Source: Eremomyces bilateralis CBS 781.70 (taxonomy: Eukaryota). From it: 64,000 nucleotides of DNA. A program made the position numbers and the translations under genes. Positions 26,483-38,958 of the stretch are shown here, piece after piece. Under the pieces are notes generated by a model. It was given only the letters and a program-made list of their open reading frames with translations, was not told the DNA's origin and searched no databases. Positions within the stretch are counted from its first letter, which is position 1, and every line of letters begins with the position of its first letter. Location: NCBI GenBank assembly GCA_010015585.1, contig ML975151.1. One strand, written 5' to 3'.

Positions 26483-28780
26483 ATGGACTCCCCTAGCAAG
26501 CTCAAGCTCCTCGACCTACCAGTCGACGTCCTACTCCTCATCTTCCCCTACCTCGACGCGAAAAGCTTCCTCTCCCTCTGCGCGACCTGCAAAGCGCTTC
26601 AATCCCCCGAAATCATCGACGACGCCCCCTACTGGAGCTCCGCCACACGCACCACCTTCCGCGTCCCGAACCAGCCCGTGATCGAGCACGACGGCCGCCG
26701 ATGGCGTCGCCTATACCAGCGCATGTTCACCCAGAGCCGCGTCTTTACCTGGGGGTCCAACGGCACCGGCGGGCTCGGCCATGTCAACGAACTGACGGAC
26801 CCCAACCAGCTGAGTCTGAGCGTCGCGAGGGGTAGGCGACAGATGAGGTATGGAGGGACGAGGGATGCGCACTATCCAAGGGAGATGGACAAGACGCGCA
26901 AGCTGGGGATCATCGCGGACGTGCAGTGTGGGGGGTGGTCGACGACGTTGCTGAATGATAAGGGGAGGTTGTTCACGGCTGGAGAAATTGACGGTGAGCG
27001 ACGCCTGTCGGTGATGCGTGGCGCGTCGACGGATCTAAGGCCTTTGAAGTTCCCGTTTGAGGAAGAGGGGGAGGAGAAGTATGTGCCGCGAAGAGCGATT
27101 CGACAGTTCTCGGCGGGGAGGAAACATATTTTGGGACTCGCGGATAGTGGGGCGACATGGTGCTGGAGCGAGTTGAACAACAATCCGGTGGAGATTCGGT
27201 TCCTCTTCGATGTTGCCATGGATCCGACCGGCAAAGGACTCGATACGAGGCGCCATGGCGCCGTGAGAAAGGTTGTGGCCGGCTGGGATAAGAGCGCGGC
27301 GTTGATATCAGGGCTTGGCATCAAATGTTGGGATATCCGGCGACAGCCTGGAGACGGGGAGACGGTCGATGCTAGATTAGTCCCCGATGAATGCACGGTT
27401 CCCGAAACCCAGTTCCAACGACCGGAGAAGGGACGCGCAAACGATTCCCCATGGCCGGAACTGGCAGATACCGTAGGTGAGGTACTCAACTTCATCTTGT
27501 TGGAAGGATACTTAGTCTTCATCACCGACCTCAAGAAGATCTTCGTAGCGAAGTTGGAAGGTAATCCTACCAACGTTTCCCGCATCATCGAAATCCCGGC
27601 GCTCTCCCATCCGGAGGACTCAGATGTGCCTTCAGCGAAGCACCTTCAAGGCTCATTCCGGACCCTCGGAGTCATCCTCGAGAACGGAGAAGTCCTAGTT
27701 GCCGAAAATGTCTTGCTTGAAATATACTGGGACAACTCCATCCGTCTCCTCAACCTCCATCCCCCCTTCTCCAACCTCCCCCAACCCACCCGACCCGCCA
27801 GCCTCCAAAAACAAAACGTCATCTCCCTCGCCTTCGCCGACTACCACTACCTCGCCCTCCACGCCTCTGGCGCCATCACCCCCCACGGTGCCGAACCTCA
27901 AGGCACCGGCGCCCTCGGCCTCGGGCCCCTCGCCCCCCCTACCGGCCCCGCCCTCCTCCGCGGCCTCATCCCATCCCGCCCCCGCCAATTCCGCTCCAAT
28001 GTCATCCTCGCCCCCCCGTCCAACTCCCTCTCCCGCAAAATCTGGTTCGACGCCCCCCGCCAGCGCTGGCTCGAATTCATGAACAACGGTGCCACCGACC
28101 CGGACACCAGCGCCGCCCGCGCCCCCTGGACGAACATCATGCCGCTGCCCAACGCGACGACCGAGGCGCAGCAGCGGGCGTTTCGGACGATCGGCGCGGT
28201 GAGCGACTGGGTGGAGGCGGCGGGCGAGCGGATCTTGCGGTGGGCGCTGGGGAACGCCGGCGCCGGGAAGGGAACGGCGGAGGAGGATGGATTGGCGATG
28301 CATTTTTCGCTGGCGGTCAGTGCCGGGGGGTGGCATTCGGCGGCGTTGGTGCTGGTGAACGAGGAACAGGAGCGGCACGAGTACGCGCGATGCGTTGTCG
28401 AGGATCCGGATTACTATCGCCGGTATCCCGCGTCGCCGGAGTCATCCGCGCCGACGGCCAGCAAGGGCGGGGGTCGCGCCGAGGGTTCTTCCGCTGGCAG
28501 CGATACGGAGAACGCGACTGGTATGCTGGACCATGTGGTGCGCTTGTTCGGAAGTTTCTTAGGCTTACCGGAAGCAGCAGCGGCGCGACGATGGGACGGC
28601 CACTCGGAAGGGGATTCGGACAACGATGAAGATGATGCGCGGGATACGACGCGGTTTCCGGAGCCGGGGAAGAAGTACGTGTGGGCGGACGACCCGTTTC
28701 CGGTGTTTCCGGCGAGGGAGGGGCGGTTGACCGGGGAGACGGCGGAGGTGGAGCTGCCGGCGTGGTTGAGGGGGGAGTAG
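26483..28780 (+). CDS. F-box protein with RCC1-like repeats (Saf1/Pof9-like SCF adaptor)
   Basis: F-box LLDLPVDVLLLIFPYLDAKSFLSLCATCKAL; RCC1 blades VFTWGSNGTGGLG, VQCGGWSTTLL, FSAGRKHILGL, VVAGWDKSAAL, LAFADYHYLAL, VSAGGWHSAAL; intronless 765 aa. Confidence 0.9.
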   Translation: MDSPSKLKLLDLPVDVLLLIFPYLDAKSFLSLCATCKALQSPEIIDDAPYWSSATRTTFRVPNQPVIEHDGRRWRRLYQRMFTQSRVFTWGSNGTGGLGHVNELTDPNQLSLSVARGRRQMRYGGTRDAHYPREMDKTRKLGIIADVQCGGWSTTLLNDKGRLFTAGEIDGERRLSVMRGASTDLRPLKFPFEEEGEEKYVPRRAIRQFSAGRKHILGLADSGATWCWSELNNNPVEIRFLFDVAMDPTGKGLDTRRHGAVRKVVAGWDKSAALISGLGIKCWDIRRQPGDGETVDARLVPDECTVPETQFQRPEKGRANDSPWPELADTVGEVLNFILLEGYLVFITDLKKIFVAKLEGNPTNVSRIIEIPALSHPEDSDVPSAKHLQGSFRTLGVILENGEVLVAENVLLEIYWDNSIRLLNLHPPFSNLPQPTRPASLQKQNVISLAFADYHYLALHASGAITPHGAEPQGTGALGLGPLAPPTGPALLRGLIPSRPRQFRSNVILAPPSNSLSRKIWFDAPRQRWLEFMNNGATDPDTSAARAPWTNIMPLPNATTEAQQRAFRTIGAVSDWVEAAGERILRWALGNAGAGKGTAEEDGLAMHFSLAVSAGGWHSAALVLVNEEQERHEYARCVVEDPDYYRRYPASPESSAPTASKGGGRAEGSSAGSDTENATGMLDHVVRLFGSFLGLPEAAAARRWDGHSEGDSDNDEDDARDTTRFPEPGKKYVWADDPFPVFPAREGRLTGETAEVELPAWLRGE

Positions 28781-29256
28781 GTGTGGGATCTGATCGTTGG
28801 TGGGAGGTGGATGGAGCATGGAGGACGGATGGGTTATGGATTGTTGGGTATCCCCTCGAGCGATGACCGGCGGTATAACGATTGGTTTACGCTGACCGAG
28901 ATGAATATTATTGCATGCTTGTTTGTTGTTAGGCATCGTCCTTTCCGGTAGCCATTGATACGGAAGCGTGGTTGTCACAAGTGGTTCAACCCCGCAGACT
29001 TTCCTGATGAATGTACAATTGTAATTTGTAGGTTACCTATGTGAAGAAGCAAAACAAGTCTCGTATTTCCCCGCCGAGAGAATATGTACCCTGGTATTGT
29101 GCTACTCCGGAAATAATCAGGGAAAGCCACTTGCAAAGTGCGCTTCGCTCCCTGTTCCACGCAATTTCCGGAGAATAACGCCCTATCCATATCCATATCC
29201 AGTAAAGCAGGAGACGACCATACAATGTCCTACCCCAACGCCACTCTCCACCCCCC

Positions 29257-32200
29257 TTAACGCCTCCGCTTCTTCCCCTTCCGCCTCACCCCCCTCGTCG
29301 CTGCCGCCGTCATCACCCTCACCCTCGACCTCACCACCTCAGCCTCTCCCACCGTCGACTCTCCCTCCCCTATCTCCACCTCCCGCTCCTCCTCCACCAA
29401 CCCTTCCATCTCCTCATCCGCCATAATGCTACTCAAATCCGAACTCCCCGCCCGCCCCAGCTCCCTCCGCTCATCATGGATCGTCGTCCCCAGCGGGTCG
29501 AACGCTTCCATGTACCATGGGATCCCGCCCTGGTTGAGGAAGCCGCCGAGCGAGCGGTCCGAGCGCGGTGGCGTCATCGGCTCGGGGTTGACGGTTGACG
29601 GGATGGTGCTACCGCCGAGGGATAGGGTGGCCGCGGAACCGCCGCTGCGGCTCATCATGTCGGCGTGGTCGTGGGTGGGGTGGGGGTCGCCTTCGGCAGC
29701 GATTTGACGCTGGATGGCGGCGTCGTCGGTCATTTCGTCCTTCGCGTCGACGGTGGGGGTGCGGGCGTGTTCGAGTTGCTCTTGTGGGACGTCATCTCCA
29801 GGAGGGTGTTTCGCTTCGAGTTCGTTCTCGATACCGTTGACCATCGTTACGTCCTGGTGGTCATCGAGAGCTTCAGGTTTGGAATGATGAACCTGTGTGA
29901 TTTCGGCGTCCCCGTTCGTCATTGGTGCAGGAGCAGTGCCGTGTTGATGTTCGTCGTCGGTGATATGGCCCACCGTATCTCCATACGTAGAGACGACGAA
30001 TGATTCCCGTCGCTCTTTGCTGGTGATGAAACTTTCCCATTGACTAAGCTCCTTCTCGAAGGTACGGCCGCAAAGATCCGTCTCGCACCGTAGAGCGTTC
30101 TCGAGTAATGGCTTGAGCGCTCTTGCAATTCGTTTAGCGTGCTTCTTTTTATCCTTCTGGTCGGCGGTGAGAGCGCTATGGGGTACGATAACGTTGATGG
30201 ACTTCGCATCGGAGTGATTGGCGCTTTCGATGTTGATCGCGGCATGGAAGACGGAGAGCAAATCCGTGGAGAACGGTGCAACGGAGGTGTATTCATAGCC
30301 CTTCACTTTCTGATCAACCTGCTCCAGCCCCCACGAGAAGTAGTTCTTAGAGTCTTGGCTGAGGAATGGTTAACGTGGTCAACCATTGCGGACAAGAAGT
30401 TGGCTTACCTTGCTGCTTTGTCGAGAATTGGCCGTAGTAGTGGAGGAATAGGAAAATAGACCGTATCGATGATATTCTTCATAAGCTTTGCATCCTCCAA
30501 CTTGACTTGCTCACGCTCCTTGATCTGATGGCAAAGCTGTCGAATTTGTTCCATTTCATCTTCAAGTCGCTCGGCGAACTCAATTCGGCGTTGTAATCGA
30601 GGGCGGCCAGCTGCGCCCATTCCAACAAAGTTGCGCCGTGTGATCTCCATCGAGGAAAAGGTATCGAGTTGTAATTGAAGTCGCTTGAGCAGAGCCGCTC
30701 CGCGACGAGCTTCGCGTTTGAGTGTCCAGTACTTGCACGCCTCGGCGATGAACTCTTTACGTTTCCGGATGGCGAAGCGGATGAGTGTGTTTTCGACGTT
30801 GTGGTAGACAACGTGGGGGACGACGGGGGCGCCAGAAGGCAGCCGCCATATCGACTTGATGGCCTGGTCTCGTTTACGTTTCTTTGCTGGCGATATCCCC
30901 TCGTCGCCAAGGTCCCCATCACCATCTCCGAGAAGCTGGGGTGCCGACGCCGACAACGCTGTCTGCTGGCTGTCTGCCCATCGTTTGCCTTTCATGGTCC
31001 GTTGATAGAACGCCCTCGCATCCGAAGTTGCAGCCTCTACATCGTGTTCATCCCGCCAATCGTTCGGCACGTGCAGATGGCAGAATGCCTTGAGGACGCT
31101 GGTATCCATCGCAAGCCCGCCCTGAGGCAGCTTCATCTTGAGGAAAAACTTTGATCGTCTGGCGCACGTCACATGGAACGCTTTGAAGCAATTCTTATTA
31201 CCGCATTGGATGCAAGCGCCCATTCGCTGTTCGCAAATGTAACATGTCTACCCAAGTTAGCACCAGGCAAGGTCATGTGCGCAATTCACTTACGAGCTTC
31301 CATCGTTGTTTCGGGACCTTCTCGACATCCATCACCGGCTCCATGAAAGCGGTATTACCGAGAGATACTTCCGGAATCCAGAAAGCGCAGAGCAAGTGTG
31401 CCCACTTGTTGTTGTTCGTCTGTTTGAATGCTCCGTCGACATTGGGGCAGAATATACAGTTCTATATTTCAATCAGATCATGCATCCTTGGTCACAGGAT
31501 CAAGCGTTAACTTACCGACGTTCCTCGACCAATGAGCTGGCACTTTCGGCACAGCCATTGACCTTCCGGGATGAACGGGACGCCGTAGCATTCTTGATGG
31601 ACTGCAAGATCGCAACCATCGCAGAAAACAATTGCATTTGTGTTTTCACAATCTCCATCGTCACAGACCGCGCACTTGGTGTCCTGTTCTTCGCCTTGAC
31701 CAACCGGCTCACCATTGACGGCCGCAGCAGAACTTGATCGCGGACGGTGAGTCTGAGGCGGTTTGGGGTTTGGTTTAGGAATCCCTATACAAGTAAGAAA
31801 GCGTCCAATTATCGCTGGCTACAAACTTACGTTTTTCCAGAGCGTACCACTCCTTTTCGATTTGGGTCATGGTGACCTCGAAAATCGCCGGCTTGATCGG
31901 ATCGACTCCTTCTGTCCGCCGCTGCGTGTTGATATCCTCTAGCCATCTTTCGTCCTGCTCATCCATATCATATTCCACGCGTCCAACCGTGGTCCCAGAT
32001 CCTTGTTCATCGGCCTTGATACTCAACGCCAGATCCAACTCATCATCCAAGGAGCCTTCGGAGCCACGGATGTATATCCGTTCCGGACGGAGGAAGAGAT
32101 CGCTCTCTTGATACCCCACGCCGGCTAGCGTCCGGTCCACGTAGTTGACTGAAACGGCGTGGTCTTGTTCGAATTTCGAGAATGTGTCCACCTTTCTATA

Positions 32201-33082
32201 TTGCGGCTTGGGGAGGTTGAGCCGTTCTTTCGGGTTTACGGTTTGTAGAGGAATGATTCGAGGGAGAGGTGGAGAACCGAGCCCTGTGAGCATGGACTCC
32301 GGCCGCCGAGGGGGCCTTCCGGGCCGTCTTTTGATAACGGGTGGTGGAGGAGGGGGCACAAGCGCCGGCGCATCGATGATTGTATTTGTATCGCTTGTAA
32401 TATTGGGTAGTGTTTGTGAGGAATCGCCTATCAGATTCGCGCCAGCGTCCGATAAAGCGTGGTCTGATTGACGCCGAAAGCGGTTTGGATCGAGAAATAG
32501 TTGGTTTGGCAAAGGTGGCGCCACTCCATCCACCTCGTCGGCAGACAACACCATGAATCTGGTATCGATTTCTAGGTCGGGATGGAACTCCTCCCATCCC
32601 CGCTCCTCGCGAGGCTTATATGCTTCGCCTTGTGTCGATGCCGCGACCGCAGCCGCAGCCGACGTGTAACGCGGTTTAGGTTCCTCCATCTTTTCCTTCT
32701 CCCTTATTGGTCGCGTGAAAGAGGATATTCGCGTTCGACGGGCCGTTGCAGGGGGTGGGGAAAGGATAGGCGGAGGTGAACGTGGAGGTGGAGGTGGAGG
32801 TGGAGGTGGAGGTAGTGGGGGAACAATCCCAAGTTCAGCGTTCATCCGCCCAACGCGGCCCCGAGGACCTGAATACGCGTATCCTCCAGGTCCTGTGCCA
32901 CCAACCGGTGTTTCGTTCCCTTCGTCGTCGATATATCTGCCGCCGCCACCTGGCCCCCCAGGCACGTATCTACGTTTCTTGAAGGGGGGCTCGCTCTGCG
33001 CGCCGGTGGGAGTGGATTGGAGTGATTGGCGACCTGGACGACGTGCAGAGCTTCTTTTTGGAGTTCCCGGTGAAAGGGCCAT
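29257..33082 (-). CDS. NTO1: NuA3 histone acetyltransferase subunit Nto1/BRPF-like (EPL1, PHD, extended PHD)
   Basis: ATG 33082; [25 protein letters not shown] (EPL1); [45 protein letters not shown] (PHD); [64 protein letters not shown]; four canonical introns. Confidence 0.93.
32777..32813. repeat. (GGAGGT)n microsatellite encoding polyproline in Nto1
   Basis: ggaggtggaggtggaggtggaggtggaggt. Confidence 0.85.
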
Positions 33083-33177
33083 GGCGGAAAGGCGCAAAGA
33101 GTATGAATCCCAGGAGTGATAGAGAGTGCCGGACCCGGGGGGGGCGGTTGTGGGGATCGCGGTCACTTTGGGACGTG

Positions 33178-33426
33178 TCACGTGTGACGCGTCCACATGT
33201 CGCAAGCAATGTGTTGACCTAGCATTAAGGGGAGGTAATGTGCACAGTTTCAGACCCGAAACTCTTGAGAATGATGGGAGGTTGGATGGCGAGCGGCTCG
33301 TTCGTTGACGTCGCTATTGGGGTGAGGTTGGCGATGCGAGCGATCACGTGAACGAGCTAATCCAGAACTGGAAATAAGTGGGCCAGGGTCTGATTAAAAC
33401 ACGTGAAGGAGCTTTTGACCACGTGA
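33178..33426. promoter_or_regulatory. Cluster of four TCACGTG E-boxes in the divergent NTO1/ERS1 promoter
   Basis: CACGTG at 33179, 33345, 33400, 33420; each is TCACGTG on one strand. Confidence 0.6.
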
Positions 33427-33773
33427 CCGCGTGAGACCAAACCTGGAGCGTGATGGATGGATCATGGAATGAGATCGCGTGCGATTACGACGGCGCTAAA
33501 GTCCATCTCAACATCACGATGCTTTGACCGTTTCAGTCTACTAATAGGTTGTCACTAGATACACACATGATGTTTCCTCTACATTACAGTGTAGAATTCC
33601 TTTAGGCACAATGCCTTTGATAGCCCATATTGTCCTTATCAACCGTCCTATTCTTAGTAGCCTATAGCCTTCTCTGCTCCTGTTTACCTTGCCTTCACTG
33701 GCAGATATAGACTACAGACCCATACCTGCATGTCGCTGTTTGCGGACATCGGGCTTGAACCTTGTCATCGGAT

Positions 33774-34829
33774 ATGATGATTGCCACAGAAGAGATATGG
33801 CGAGCCACATCACATTTCCTGGGCTGGTTCTAGTGAGCCAAGATCCCTCGTATTCATAACCTAGACTCCTTACACAGGACATAGCTTTCTCTGCTGGTCA
33901 TTCTCCTTCTACCCACAAGCCATCAAGAACTTTCGTAGAAATTCGACGGTAGGCCTAGCCGTCGATTTTCCCTTCTCAAACATCTTAGGCAAGTCGATCG
34001 GTTGCTGGAGCCTTGAGCCACGAAGTCTTATGTTGTGTATTAGGCTTCACTGCATATTCGGTTTCGACCGCCGTCTTCCTCTATTCGCCTACGATCCGCT
34101 CGCAATATGCGTTTCGACATCCGATTTCCCAAGTGCCAAGTGTACGATTTAATGATTTTGCGTTTGCGCTGCACGGAGCCATCTTGTCAATCATCACTTA
34201 CTCGCAGTTCTTCCCGCTCATCTGGGGTTTCCAGGTTGGCCGGAACCAGAGGTCCAGTTGGGTATTTCGGGGGATTGTAACTGGATCTATTGCAGGTGTC
34301 TTTGGGGTCATTTTGATTGTGTTGATATTATCGAAGGACGGCGGCAATGACCCGTTGGGATGGGCTTGGATTGATGTGGTAAGTGGGGCATGCATTCTCT
34401 TGGTTTCTGGAAACTAACCGGGTTCGAGATCTACGCAGTCGGATTTGTGAAGGTACTTGTAACGGTGGTAAAGTACTGTCCACAGGTATGGGTCAATTAC
34501 CAGCGAAAATCCACCGTCGGTTGGAGCATGGGTCAGATACTCCTTGATTTCGCCGGAGGCATCACATCGATTCTACAGATGGTTGTCGACTCATCTCTTG
34601 ACGCCGACTGGTCTGGGATTACGGGAAATCCGGTCAAGTTTGCTCTAGGGAACGTTTCGATGATTTTCGACATCATCTTCATCGTGCAGCATTACATGTA
34701 TGGCTTCTTAAATTTGAGGTTGGACGATAGCTTACAGTGGCCAGATTATATCCATCTCGGACTGAGAAAGACTTGGCCGATGAAGACGATAGTGAAGCAG
34801 GAGAAAGAGAACCTCTTTTGAATGCATGA
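33774..34829 (+). CDS. ERS1: Cystinosin-like PQ-loop vacuolar transporter
   Basis: [100 protein letters not shown]-terminal EREPLL dileucine motif. Introns 33833-33884, 33989-34043 (GC-AG), 34379-34428, about 34698-34744. Confidence 0.92.
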
Positions 34830-36374
34830 GTTCTAGAACAGCACTAGATATCCTTATACATTTATACACTTACCCATATGTAATCGAGTCTTCCAAGTTC
34901 CAGCACTATACAGAACCAAGGACCAATCTCTCGGATTGCAGATTCCGTCCTTGATATTATATCGATTTACATACCCTGTCCAAATAGTGGATTGCATCCC
35001 CTCTGCCATGTGGCACAACATATGTCACCTAACCCAGTCCATGCATTCCTGGGAGAAACGCCAGCTGAAAGATCTACTTAGCACACGGGCGGACCTGTCG
35101 GCTCCTGATCTTGTTCAAACTAAGATTTTAGTTTTTCAGATGGAGAAAAATGTCCGACACTGAAAATATCCATGATGTCAAGCTTCTGATGACTTTCACC
35201 AGCCTCGTACAATTAGAACAACCAGCTGGTCTCTTTCGCGGTCGCCCAGGGATCGTGATAACAGGGTTGTTGGTTGGATTTGATGGGTACATGGGCACCG
35301 GGCCACCACCTGTTCCGACACGGGGACCCCTGCCAAGTTTCCCGTCCACAGCCCTGCCGACCGAATCTTACGACATAGGACTGTCCTCTGATGTCAGCGT
35401 TTCGGTTCCTGCCTTCTTGAATGCTGCAGCCTGTAAGCGACCCCTATTCATCAGCGACCACTTCAATGAGTTCAACAGTTCAACCATTCGTCCCTTGCGG
35501 GGCTAATCGGCCTGAACTCCTGAAATATGTCTCCCGCCTGGCTGAGTTATGCAGCTTTCTTCTTTCCTTGCGTTTGACCTCATTATCTCATAATAAAACC
35601 TCCCCTATCTTCTAGCCAACGGGAACCCGTCCTGCCCCGCCGAGATCTGGCAAGGTGCACCAGCGGACCTTTGCCCATTAATCGGGTCCACTGGATCTGC
35701 GGTCTTGCGGCGTAGGGCCACACAGGGGAGAGGATTGACGCGTTCAACTTTACTAGTTTCTTTGTATCTGTCAATGGGATCATTGGGTGTCCTGGATGCA
35801 ACCACCGAAGCACACGTAAAAAAACACAGTTCGTAAGTCCACAATACTCCCTTTTCTGGTGCTTCTTGTCACTCCCGTACTCCCGTACCACCCGTACCAA
35901 ACCCCGTCCTCCAATCCGATCTGATGCTTCCTCTAAATCCTTGAGGCCCGATCTCATTAATGCTTGCAGCGGGTGGTAGCGCATCTGGTTGTCCGATCAC
36001 GCATATCCTAAGCCCCTCTGTGGGTTGCTCAGTCCCATCGCAAAGCTCCTTATTTCCTTAGCCTACCCCTTCGGTCCCATCACCTCACTTCATCGACGAA
36101 CCAAACGCGTGGGCGATTGCCCTCCACGAGGTCGAATACCGCGGGCATCCGAAGTTCTGGGACGTAATTTGGGCCAGCGTGTTGTCTCGTTTGAAAAGGT
36201 ACCGAAAATCGATCTCTTGTGTACAGCACGCGTTTGACTATGACCACGCTGGTGAGTGTACATGGTGGTACGCACGTATCATCACCCTTCCATAAATGTC
36301 ATCCGTAGCCCTTCCACTTCGTTCCATTCATTGCTGCCCTCCTCTTCATCCCGTGACGTTCTCGAACCGCCGCC

Positions 36375-38958
36375 ATGGGCCTTCCGCGAAAACTGTTTGG
36401 ACGACGTCGGTCTGACAAAAACCTTTCGCAGCTTCCAAACGGCTACAATGGTTCGTTTCCAGACGGGTCTACCGCATATGACAGCTCATTGCGACCTGCT
36501 TCCCGTAGTCAAGTGGACTTTTCGGCATTTAAGATGTCGACAGACAGCACCTCGACGATCCGTGCGATCGACTCAACCCCCAATCTCCCAAGTGAACTTG
36601 ATTCCAGAATTGATCAGCTGAAACTGAAGGTTGGCCCCCTCGTGCAAGATTACATGGATCGATATGTGCGCGGGAAAGGCGGCGAAAGAGTTGGATCGAT
36701 CTCAAGCGAAACCAGTCCCATAAAGGGATTCGAAACGCCCACTTCTCCGTATCAGGACGTAACTACACCTACGAAGGATCATTCTCTGAACGAGTTTCAC
36801 ATTCCGTCCCGAACGAGTAGTACCAGAGGCCGTGAATCCAAGAAGAGGAGACAAAGTCTCCAGCCATGCAGTTCACCTGCACCAACCACCCCCGATTCTC
36901 GTAAACGGAGCTCCGCCGACTCGGTGATCTCCTACGAAACCAAAGCCTCATCCATCCCAAGCAATCATACGCCTCTCCAAAGCAAACTCCATGCCGAAGA
37001 TAGTGACCGACTCCAGCCCTTACTCGAGGACGACCCGAAATCCTTCGATCTAGTCGAGCAAACCAGTGTCCCCAGCGAGGATTCGTCCCTGGAGCGTCGA
37101 TCCGAGCAGCTATTTTCCAAGGAGCATCTCGAATCCATCGTCAGCGATCCGCAGGACCTCCTCCGCTTCACCTCCTTCCTACACCGCCGCCGGCCGCAAT
37201 CCATCCCAGTGCTGATTTACTATCTAGACGCACTGAAGGCGTTACGGGCAATCAAATACGCCAATGCGGTCGCGGAGGCCCTGGAGCCCATCACGGGGCA
37301 TCCATTCACCGAATGCCAGGCTCGCCCTACGCAGAACGCTGTTTTGGAGGAGAAGGCGCGCCAGGCGTTCGAGGTCCTGGTGAACGAGGATCTGCCGGCA
37401 TATGTCGTGCACGTTTTTATTCAGGTGGCGAGTGTGCGCGTGCAGCGGCGGATCACCGGCACGCTGCCTTCCCATCTGCTCGATGCGTCGGAGGGGCTGG
37501 GGGAGGTGTTCTGTCTTACGGATCCGACGCGGGCGGAGAATCCGATTGTATTTGCGTCCGAAGGTACGTTGAATGATTCGGAGAGAGTTGTTTACGTTGC
37601 GGTTCACGATACTCATTGATGTGTAGAATTTCATCGCATGACACAATATGGTGTGAGCCATGCGATGGCGCGCAATTGCCGATTCCTCCAGGGTCCGCGG
37701 ACGAGTCCAGATAGTACTCGAAGGATACGTGAAGCCATCGCGAATGGTAAAGAGCACAGCGAATTGTTCCTGAATTAGTAAGTCGCCCGAAATCAAGGAC
37801 CTGCACGCAGCGATTGACCGTCCCACAGCCACCGAGACGGTTCCCCGTTCATGAACCTGTTGATGGTCGCGCCGTTACTCGACAACAAGGGTAAGCTGCG
37901 GTACTACCTCGGCGCGCAGGTTGACGTCAGCGGGCTGGTGAAGGAGTGCACCGAACTGGAGGCGTTCCAACGCATGCTGGAGAAGCAGGAAGCGAAGACG
38001 GGGACGAATACCGGCGAGGAACCCGAGCGACCAGATGAGTTCCGGGAGCTCTGCGAGATGTTCAACATGGCGGAACTCGACTCCGTGAAAAAAGTCGGCG
38101 GGCGCATGCACCGTGAACGCTTCGGTAACGCCCACGACCACGACCATGACGCCACCTCCATCATCCATCACCGCCTCCGCCCGCACACTCCCTCCCCCCC
38201 TCCCCCCTCTCCTCCGCTCTCCTCCGTCTACAAACACGTACGTACCCCCTCCCAGCACCTCAATCACCACTAAACCACCCTAGTACCTCCTCCTCCGCCC
38301 GCACCCCTCCCTCCGCATCCTCTTCACCTCCCCCTCCCTCCGCGTCCCCGGCCTCCTCCAATCCCCCTTCCTCAACCACATCTCTGGCGCGCCGCGCGTA
38401 CGCGCCGAATTGGCCGCCGCGATGGCCGCGGGCCGGGGGGTCACGGCGAAGATTCGGTGGGTGACAGGGAGGCGGGAGGGGCGCACGTATCATGGGAATG
38501 GAGGGAGTGGGAAGGGGGATGAAGGGGGCGCAAGGAGAGATGAGGGGAAGATGCGGGGGGAGGAAGGGAGGCCGAGGTGGATTCATTGTACACCGTTGTG
38601 TGGTGCAGGAGGGGGTGTGGGGGTTTGGGTAGTTGTGTTGGTGGATGAAGAGGGGGGAGGGGGCCGGAAGGGGTGGGGGAGGGAGGCGCCGCCGGTGATG
38701 GGGGGTGATGTGAAGATGATGCGTGGGGGTGGGGGTGTTCATGGTGGAGAAGGCGATAGTCTAGTCTTGGAGTCGGCGGGGCGGACGGCGGAGAGCGTGG
38801 CGGAGAGTGAGGGGCGGAGCGTCAGCGTCAGTGGGGAGAGTGGGAGCGGGGGGCCAGGAAGCCCCTATTCGCGGTCGACCACTGGGCTGAGTTATCGGCC
38901 GGGGACGCCGCAGACGTTCCTCTCGGGGTTTTCGGGCGCGCCGAGCTTTTCATTGTGA
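36375..38958 (+). CDS. RGS-LOV(PAS)-DUF blue-light photoreceptor-like protein
   Basis: Introns 37564-37626, 37778-37828, 38238-38283 splice in frame. LOV: LGEVFCLTDPTRAENPIVFASEEFHRMTQYG..ARNCRFLQGPRT..LFLNYHRDGSPFMNLLMVAPLLDNKGKLRYYLGAQVDVS; RGS-like LFSKEHL..LRFTSFL..YYLDALKALRAI; C-domain YLLLRPHPSLRILFTSPSLR..GVTAKIRW..RWIHCTPL. Confidence 0.9.

Noticed and set aside
33826..33890. Apparent frameshift/stop at the start of ERS1
   Set aside because: Resolved by intron 33833-33884 (GTGAGC..TAG), giving GWFYFLCW.
34936..36300. 118-aa plus ORF 35150..35506 and overlapping minus ORFs upstream of RGS-LOV
   Set aside because: No domain or coherent exon chain; cannot distinguish from non-coding DNA or an old relic.
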